Assembly: GCA_977018835.1 (NCBI GenBank) | Contig: OZ361261.1 | Span: forward strand, 1,550,001 to 1,614,000 | Length of the DNA stretch: 64,000 bases | Direction of reading: 5' to 3' | Source: Minutocellus sp. GHC0000111 | Lineage: Eukaryota | Part shown: positions 56,848-64,000 of the stretch, one piece after another | Position numbering within the stretch: the stretch's first letter is position 1 | How the letters are laid out: every line of letters starts with the position of its first letter | Notes under the pieces: generated by a model | The model's input: only the letters and a program-made list of their open reading frames with translations | Told to the model about the DNA's origin: nothing | Databases searched by the model: none | Made by a program: the position numbers and the translations under genes

Positions 56848-58401
56848 ATGCCTGCAAGTAGCACAAAACCTGGTCGCATGATCAACGTATCTTTCATCAA
56901 ACCTCAAGCCGTCGTGCGTTGCAAGCGGGTTGTGCCGTCGAAGTGTCCTTTTTCTTATTCCTGGGTAGGCTTTTCCTTATTCAAAAATCATTTGGTGTCA
57001 AGACCAAACCGGAAGCGACATTTCCACCCCTGGAGGGACGGACACAACAAAGATAACAATACGAAGATGCCGTGCCCCTCCTGTCACAGCCAGGTGCCTC
57101 CGCCCTGCCCTCAATCCCCATCTACGGAGAGCGGCTATAGTTCGGCTTCCACAATGAGACATTGCAGCTCTGGAAGGATACGATCATTTCACGACATGTC
57201 GACACAGCAACAACGACAGCGCCACCCAAACCGCCGGAAAAGGCATTCTTTTTTCCATCATCCTCAAGTGATGGCGGTGGTCGTGATGTGCTCGTTTCTT
57301 CTCTACCATGTCCCATTCCTTTCGTCCTCGCCAGCATTGGTTTCAGCATTTGTCCTAGAAAGGATACGGCCGTCTGCTACACGTACGAATCATCGTCACA
57401 ATATCCGCAGAAACAACGAGAACTCGCTCGTGCTGCCTTCGACCGTCGTCCCATCGTCGGATCAGTCGCCCCTATCAGCACCGCCACAACTCGACAACGG
57501 CGGAGACGTCGAGGTGGACCCGTCCAACCTCCCCTCCATAGCCCGCCACATTTTCCACCACACGCGCAATTTGGACGATCTGTACGACAAATCCTCCAAG
57601 CTGCGTTGTCCCTTCCTCCGACGACGGGCGGCCGACGCCATCGACGGAATGGCCATGGTCCTGCGCTTCCTGGTCATACGGCACAAGTCGCTGGGAATCT
57701 TTGACCCGCTCAAGACCCTCCCCTTTTTGGACGATGACGGCGTCGACGGCGGCAGCAGCAGCGGTGGCCGTCGCGGTAGCAGCGGCGAGCAGCTCCTCCA
57801 GTCCACCGTACGACCGCCGGGGTGGAAGGCCGTGGGCAAACACGTGCGGAAAAACGCCGACGGGACCGTGTGCAAGAACCGCAACCTGCCCCTGTTCACC
57901 ATCGCCCAAACCATCGAGAGGGACTGGCTGTGCGGACCCCAGCAGGCCAAGGGATACTACCTGACGGGACGGCTCAATTCCACCATCTACCGCGACGACT
58001 GTCTGTTCAATGGTCCGGATCCCGACATGCCCGTCAAGGGGCTGCGGAAGTACCTGAGCGCGGTGTCGCACCTGTTCGAGAGGGAGAGCAGCTTCGCCCA
58101 GCTCCTCGATCTGCGGGCCGAGGAGGGGGGAGGTCGGCTGGGACGGGGCGCCGTCGTCGTTCGGTGGAGGCTGGGCGGGACGCTCATGCTGCCCTGGAGG
58201 CCGGCGGTCTGGCCTTGGACGAAAACGACGACGTACCATCTCGACGAGGAGGGCCTCGTCTACCTTCACGAGGAGGAGTGGGACGTCACCGTCCTGGAGG
58301 CGTTCGTCTGCACCGTCTTTCCCAAGCTTGGTGAGAGGATGTGGCCGAGGGCGGCGGCGGCGGATACGGCAACGTCCGTGCAGTTGGAGAGAAATGAGTG
58401 A
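56848..58401 (+). CDS. DUF2358 (NTF2/SnoaL-like) protein, likely plastid-targeted; true start probably downstream (57067-57271)
   Basis: KGYYLTGRL..IYRDDCLFNGPDPDMPVKGLRKY, WRLGG.LMLPWRP, TTYHLD and HEEEW; VSAF motif. Confidence 0.82.
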   Translation: MPASSTKPGRMINVSFIKPQAVVRCKRVVPSKCPFSYSWVGFSLFKNHLVSRPNRKRHFHPWRDGHNKDNNTKMPCPSCHSQVPPPCPQSPSTESGYSSASTMRHCSSGRIRSFHDMSTQQQRQRHPNRRKRHSFFHHPQVMAVVVMCSFLLYHVPFLSSSPALVSAFVLERIRPSATRTNHRHNIRRNNENSLVLPSTVVPSSDQSPLSAPPQLDNGGDVEVDPSNLPSIARHIFHHTRNLDDLYDKSSKLRCPFLRRRAADAIDGMAMVLRFLVIRHKSLGIFDPLKTLPFLDDDGVDGGSSSGGRRGSSGEQLLQSTVRPPGWKAVGKHVRKNADGTVCKNRNLPLFTIAQTIERDWLCGPQQAKGYYLTGRLNSTIYRDDCLFNGPDPDMPVKGLRKYLSAVSHLFERESSFAQLLDLRAEEGGGRLGRGAVVVRWRLGGTLMLPWRPAVWPWTKTTTYHLDEEGLVYLHEEEWDVTVLEAFVCTVFPKLGERMWPRAAAADTATSVQLERNE

Positions 58402-58599
58402 TTGTTATGGATTATTGAGCCCAGCACGCGCGCGCTAAAAATAGGCATGTGTATTACATGTATTTCTGTGTCTGACATGCCGCACGGCAACATGTACATG
58501 TATTTTTGAAACTTGCAATGAAAGGTAAGCAAAATTCACCACATCAAGCTACTGTGTTGCGACATAGAGAAATGTTTTGCTCCTGGAAATTTCGCAGAA

Positions 58600-59400
58600 G
58601 TTGGCTAGGGGTCGCCGATTAGAGGGTGCCCCCCCAGCACCCCCCAATTTTCGAGCTCGGAGGCCAAAAGGATCCGGAGGTGTTGACCATCAAAGACGTG
58701 ACTGAGGCCAGGATTTGCTGGCTGACCAGGTCAGTTGAAGCAGACACACACACGCTTTGTCAGAACTGATGAGTGAGAGTCAGCGATGGCGATTCATCTC
58801 GTTCTCGGCTTTTGCCGCCTGTGAAACATCGCGCGCATGTGCTCGTTTCTCATCAATGTCGAGCTCCGTTAGCGAAAAAGTCTTTCTCTGCTCTCTCTTT
58901 TCGCGCGTGCGTCACGACACCTGTGCTGCCTTGACACCTTCTTAGTGTCCTTCGCAGACGCCACGTTGCTACATGTAGCAGCAGTGCGTTCTGCACAGAA
59001 AAAAGAGCTCGTGTTCACACAGAGCCGACACGCACACTTCCCAGAAAAAATGGACGAGTGTCGGTCTTTCCATGCGCCGTCCGACAACGAGAGCGAAGTT
59101 AGTGAAAATCCGAATGTTTTGCTGAGTGGCTCACCTCTAAAATGGGACCAACTCAAGGAGGAGCTGCTGACATGTTTTTGTTTTTCACTCAACTGACGAC
59201 TTCAACTGCAACAACGGGCGAAAAGCAACTAACGCAATTTAAACATGCATGTAACACTAAAGTGCTGTCATGAAACCAACCACCAAAATGCTGCACCCGG
59301 GACCGAGTTTTTCTTTTGTGTGCTTTGCTTGCTTTGTGGCCTCTGACTCATTGCCCTGTCCCGCTTGGTCGTGCCTGCCGTGGTCGTGAAGAAAACCTGC
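58600..59400. mobile_element. TA-depleted repeat remnant sharing the GAGTTGGTCC terminal motif
   Basis: 59130-59154 reverse-complements to GAGTTGGTCCCATTTTAGAGGTGAG, similar to the termini at 16680 and 16852. Surviving TA are mostly TTAG/CTAA/CTAG. Confidence 0.55.
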
Positions 59401-60322
59401 GCATGCAAGAAAGAAGAGCCAGACTTGGCAATAAAAGTCACATTTTAACCCATATGTCAGAGTTTCATGTTTCATGTTTGTCCTACTAACTACAGAGTTT
59501 CATGTTTCATGTTTGTCCTACGAGCTACTAGTAGTCACAGTGTCAGAACAATGGGGTCTCGAAAATGTCTCATTTCTGCCAAGCATCGCATTTTGTTGTC
59601 CCACCTTTCTGCATCATCATGACGACACGTCTGGAGAAACAACTTCAAGTTACTTTAATGGCATAAATGTTTGTGTCAATAAATGTGTATTTCCTTTTTG
59701 GAAGGCCACTCTATACAGCCACATCTCGTGAGTTTCTTGCTTCTCGTTCTCCAATGTTTCATCTCCTCCCCAGTGTGGCTCCCGCCGGCCGTTTCTCAAC
59801 TCTCTCTCAGGCCTCAAGTCACACAACTGCACAGTAGCACAGTAGCGGCGTTCATTTTTAACATTTGCTCAAGGTGAGCACGATGGCCGAGCTCTTGCAA
59901 GCGGAGTACATATGTTCGCTGGGCTAGGGGACACACACATTTGCATCTGTGGAGGAGCCCGGTCCCTTTCGCGAATGGAAAGTTTCCTTTTCTTTTTATT
60001 CAGCACATGAAAGCAACTTGGTAGAATTTGGTGATCGAGGCAGTTGTGGGGACAAAATCGCAGTTCATCTTCAACTGCCCCGGGAGAAGAAGAAGAATAT
60101 TCGATTAGCTGTTGCATTTCACACCTTAGCATACTGCTGCCTTTGATGATCTGATCTCATCATTTGGCTTCGTCTCCTCTTTTATTGTCTTCGACTTTTC
60201 CTCATAGGCATCGATCTCAACGTCGCTCGTTGGCCCTCCGCACACAACAAACTTCGCGAGGTCTTTTCCCATACACAATTAAACACCACCACCACTTCCT
60301 CCCAGTAATAATACCACACACC

Positions 60323-61630
60323 ATGCCCGGATCTCCTGCGCTCAAGAAGCGATGTCGCAAAGACGAGTCGCTCAGTGCTCAAGAGTCGGTCATCGAAGCA
60401 GCGAGTGCCTTGGCAGTTTTGGCACAATCTCCTCCGGCGAGTCCTCACGCTTCCGGTTCTGATGACGCGGGTGAATCGTCCGACAGCGAGGCATCGTCAG
60501 ATGCCCACGAAGACGAAGCAGCAACCAAGACCGGTGCAAGCACTCTCGCCTCCTCGGTGAAGGATAAATCAACTGTATCATTCCCAGAAAAGCTCATGGA
60601 AATCCTCACCATCTTAGAATCCGAATCTTCTGACGGGACAATGTCAGATCAGCCCATTTCGTGGCTGCCCAGAGGCGATGGGTTCCTCATCAGCGACCCG
60701 AACGAATTCACCCTCAAGGCCCTCCCTCGCTTCTTCTCTCAACGCTTTGAGTTTTCGTCCTTCACCCGCAAGCTGTACTGGTGGGGATTTCGCAAGGTAA
60801 CGCGCGGGGCTGGTACCGACGCCTTCCATCATGATTGCTTCCTCAGGGCAGATCCTGCTCTTTGCCGCAAGATCAAGGGCAAGCCTAGGAGGAAGCCCGC
60901 CAAGAGCTTGAGCAGACAAGCCATTGCTCAGTCCCAGTCTAAATCATCCAATACAGCATCAGCGATGAATGTCCCTCAACCTCAACGACAGTCCCAATCG
61001 CAGGGGGTGTCGTCGCTTCCACCTGCAGGGACACCTGTCTCTGCGAGTAACGCCTTGCCCGTCCACAAGAACCTCGCCTTTGGGGCCGTCGCCAGCCCCA
61101 CAGGACAGGCAAATGCTGCTGCAACCAATCTACTGCTCAATAATTCCTCCCCCCTCATCGCTGCCGCAGCTTTGCGCCTGCAGCAGCAACAGCAGCAGCA
61201 GAATGCCCAAGCCGCGGCGACTCAGGCTGCCATCCAGCAACTCGTCCTGAACCACGCCTCGGTTACCAACCAAGCCCTCGCCGTAGCTGGCGCTGGTGTA
61301 CAGCAGCCACAGTTTCAGCAACCGACGCAGCAGCTCAATGTTGCCGCCTATCTCGCCAGTCTTCAGCGAGGGGGTGCCCCGTTGCTTGCCCAACCCGGTA
61401 TCGCCCCGGTAGCACCACAGCAGCAGATGAACATGTCCCCACCACAGCAGATCCAGGGCATGCCATTGGTCGCTGCTGCTCCCGTCCCATCGATTCAACT
61501 ACCGGTAGCAGCGGCTGCCCCTGTCGCCGCTCCTGCTCCTGGATCTCAAATTGTCATCCACATCCATCACATGCCTGATGGTAGTGTGAGATTTACGCAG
61601 GGGAATGCCTCCAACGCCAACAGCGCTTGA
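60323..61630 (+). CDS. Heat-shock-factor (HSF) DNA-binding domain transcription factor with a Q/A/P-rich tail
   Basis: FPEKLMEIL, ISWLPRGDGFLI, LPRFF, FSSFTRKLYWWGFRKV and FHHDCFLR. Confidence 0.92.
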   Translation: MPGSPALKKRCRKDESLSAQESVIEAASALAVLAQSPPASPHASGSDDAGESSDSEASSDAHEDEAATKTGASTLASSVKDKSTVSFPEKLMEILTILESESSDGTMSDQPISWLPRGDGFLISDPNEFTLKALPRFFSQRFEFSSFTRKLYWWGFRKVTRGAGTDAFHHDCFLRADPALCRKIKGKPRRKPAKSLSRQAIAQSQSKSSNTASAMNVPQPQRQSQSQGVSSLPPAGTPVSASNALPVHKNLAFGAVASPTGQANAAATNLLLNNSSPLIAAAALRLQQQQQQQNAQAAATQAAIQQLVLNHASVTNQALAVAGAGVQQPQFQQPTQQLNVAAYLASLQRGGAPLLAQPGIAPVAPQQQMNMSPPQQIQGMPLVAAAPVPSIQLPVAAAAPVAAPAPGSQIVIHIHHMPDGSVRFTQGNASNANSA

Positions 61631-61811
61631 GGCAACGGTTGGTTTTAATGTAAATATATTATATACATAAGCTGAACATATGTATTCCATATATAATTCT
61701 TTTGTCTATTGGCGCTTTTCTGCGTGCCGGTGTTTCTTTTGTGTAGACGACATTTCAAATGAATCTAAGTTATACAACTTCTGGCAAGGGCAAAAAGAAC
61801 CTGCAAATCCA

Positions 61812-63214
61812 TCACTGACTCTCCTCTTCTTCGTCTTCAGTGTAGACACCACACAAAGGGAAGTTCTTTGGCTCGTCCTCCTCGAGCTGTTCCAAAAGGC
61901 ACGGGTTCTTCGAAAGGCTTTCGTATACCTCATCGTAATTTTCAATGTACTCGCTCAGATCATCCGAACCGCGCTTGTACGACACGCTCTCCTCGCTGAG
62001 CTTTTGCAACGATTCCTCGTCGATGGGAGATCCAAGGAACTCGCCGAGATCCCGCATTTCTCCAACAATATCTTCAAAATAGGATGTGGCATAGGGATAT
62101 GGAAGGAGTGAGTTATACTGTGAGATTTCGAATCGTTCACAAAACGCATGAAGAAACGAACAATATTTCATAGGCCTACATGAATACGAGTGCCGTAACA
62201 TGCGGAAGACTAATCCTTCTCACCTTGCTGCATGCTCTCATACGACAGGCAGAATATTCTTCCGTCACCGAACTTGTTGGCTAGCTCTCCTGCTGCCTCG
62301 GTTACGATCGCCCTCTTCATTTCGGACTCGTGTATTTTGCTCCATAGCTCGGTGACATTGAGATTGATGGTCTTGGGCAAATTCTTGATGCAGTCCTCCC
62401 CACCTGTGAGTTTCTTCCTCCCGCACAGGGCCAGCTGCTTGTGACTGGCGATCGCTGATATGGCCCGCTTCACAGAGTTGGTCCGCACCAAGACGCCCAT
62501 GGCGAGGTTGGGATCGGCACCAAAGATGTCCCCCCATTCCTCGTCGGATAGGTCGGGAGTTTCGACGTGACTCTCGTGTGGGTTGAGGGTGGCAATCGTC
62601 ACGCCGATGTTGTCGGCATCCTCCCCCGCGTTCTGCAAGCACTCGCTCTGCATCCCCCCCTCGCTGCGGGGCACGTGGCGGTTGGGTTCGTTGATCAGCT
62701 TGCCGTCCGTTTCATGTCCAAAGTATTCCTTGAGCCATTCGACGGTGCCCGCCGCAGTGGCCGTCTTGGTCGTTTCGTCGCGGTCCTTGTCGCATTTGGT
62801 GGCCTCGTGCGTCCACACCATGTTCTTGCCGCTGGCGAGCTTGACGGTATTCCCCGTCCATGCCAGCCAAGTGGATCCGGTGCGGCTGTATTTGAAGATG
62901 AGGAGCGGTCTCTCCTTGAGGTCCTTGGGGTTGCCCCGAGCGCATTGCGAATGAACCGCACCTTGGTCCTTCTCCTTGACGTCGTCGACTTCGTCCATGA
63001 GTCGCCGGCGGCCACGACGTGCGGTCATTTGTGCCACCGGAGAAGAAGAGGAAGACGTCATTACATTCGAGCCGTCATAGTCTGCGGCAAACGCACGCAT
63101 ACTTATAGAGTGGTTGTTGGAAAGAGCCACATAGGTACAAATTAGACCGGCAATTGTTGCAACCACCGCAAGACTGGTCGAGGCCGTCCGATTTGCTTGA
63201 GAACGATGTTCCAT
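61812..63214 (-). CDS. Type II membrane sulfotransferase-like protein (Stf0-like P-loop); intron 62072-62223
   Basis: TM segment, LIFKYSRTGSTWL, LVRTNSVKRAIS, LSYESMQQ|DIVGEMRDLGEFLG and LSEYIENYDEV. GTGAG...GAAG splice is in frame. Confidence 0.75.
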
Positions 63215-63564
63215 TTTGCTTCTTGTTATATTGTGTGAAGGTATCGAGGCCCGTGGTGAAGTTGCCGTACAATAAGAGACTTGCTCGTTGGAATTTGACT
63301 GGAGCTGGTAGTCACTTTGCGCCAGAGCTCGGCAATAAGAAGAAGGCCGAGAGCAAGTAAGTGAGCAAGTGGCGCATCCGCCATGCATGGCGTGTTCGAA
63401 CGATTTTGCGCCCCCAGCCAGAGCAGACTTTCTCAAATTTTGGAGTGGCTTTGCGGGAATAGATTGAAAGATATCGGGACTACTTTGTATTTGCATCGAT
63501 TGGCGAATTCACAAATCACAACATCACAACATCGATCCGATCCGTCCATTTCAAGCAAGCAACC

Positions 63565-63991
63565 ATGATGGTCCGGAGAATCGCCGACGTTCTGATCCTG
63601 CTCCCCCTCATCGTCCGATGCCAAGATGATGAGCCAGCATTGTCCGAGGGCGACGACAACAGTACCATCGTTGACTCCACACCAATGACTTCCTGCAACT
63701 GCACGGGGTGTCCCAACTCCGACCGTGTTTCGGTCGGCCTTCACAAGAACCTTATCTCTGAGATCTGCCCCGAGGGTTCGGTCGCTACGGTGACCACCCT
63801 TCGAACGACCAACACAAAAGGTGGACTCTCCAACTACGATCTGTTAACTTGGAATGAGGTAAGATGCATTAAATGATTTCATGCCTTGTGAATACATGTT
63901 GTGCCTTGTTCAGGTTGGATCGTGGGAGACAAAAGCCCTCTCTGATTCTCACCAAGAAGAATACAATCACATCGCCCATACATACATTTAG
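63565..63991 (+). CDS. Small secreted Cys-containing hypothetical protein; probable intron 63859-63913
   Basis: Signal-like MMVRRIADVLILLPLIVRC and CNCTGC; GTAAGA donor and TTCAG acceptor. The 3' end is uncertain. Confidence 0.45.
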
Positions 63992-64000
63992 GGAGCCTTA

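Overview
Eukaryotic nuclear DNA, almost certainly from a diatom. Evidence: short GT-AG introns, bipartite signal+ASAF-type plastid presequences on RPE, SET, DUF1997, Ycf49-like, RAP and DUF2358 genes, and diatom-type HSF, CRAL-TRIO and sulfotransferase-like families. The window holds about 27 protein-coding loci (several frameshifted or pseudogenised), one tRNA-Gly(GCC), a young 280-bp TA-flanked MITE, a 2.9-kb element bounded by a short inverted repeat, and a 7-kb composite transposon ruin (16315-23371). The most striking signal is a repeat-restricted loss of the TpA dinucleotide. By hand count the ruin has about 26 TA in 7 kb, nearly all in YTAR context. Repeat copies differ by A<->G/T<->C transitions, and a PIF1 helicase motif has drifted only AT->GC. 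This suggests an A-to-G, TAY-biased, repeat-directed hypermutation process, opposite in direction to fungal RIP. The same signature recurs in smaller islands (about 10.6-11.0, 51.1-51.5 and 58.6-59.4 kb). Intergenic DNA also carries many TACATGTA/TACGTA/TACCGGTA palindromes that resemble Tc1/mariner excision footprints. All counts are manual, and single-base frameshifts may be assembly errors.
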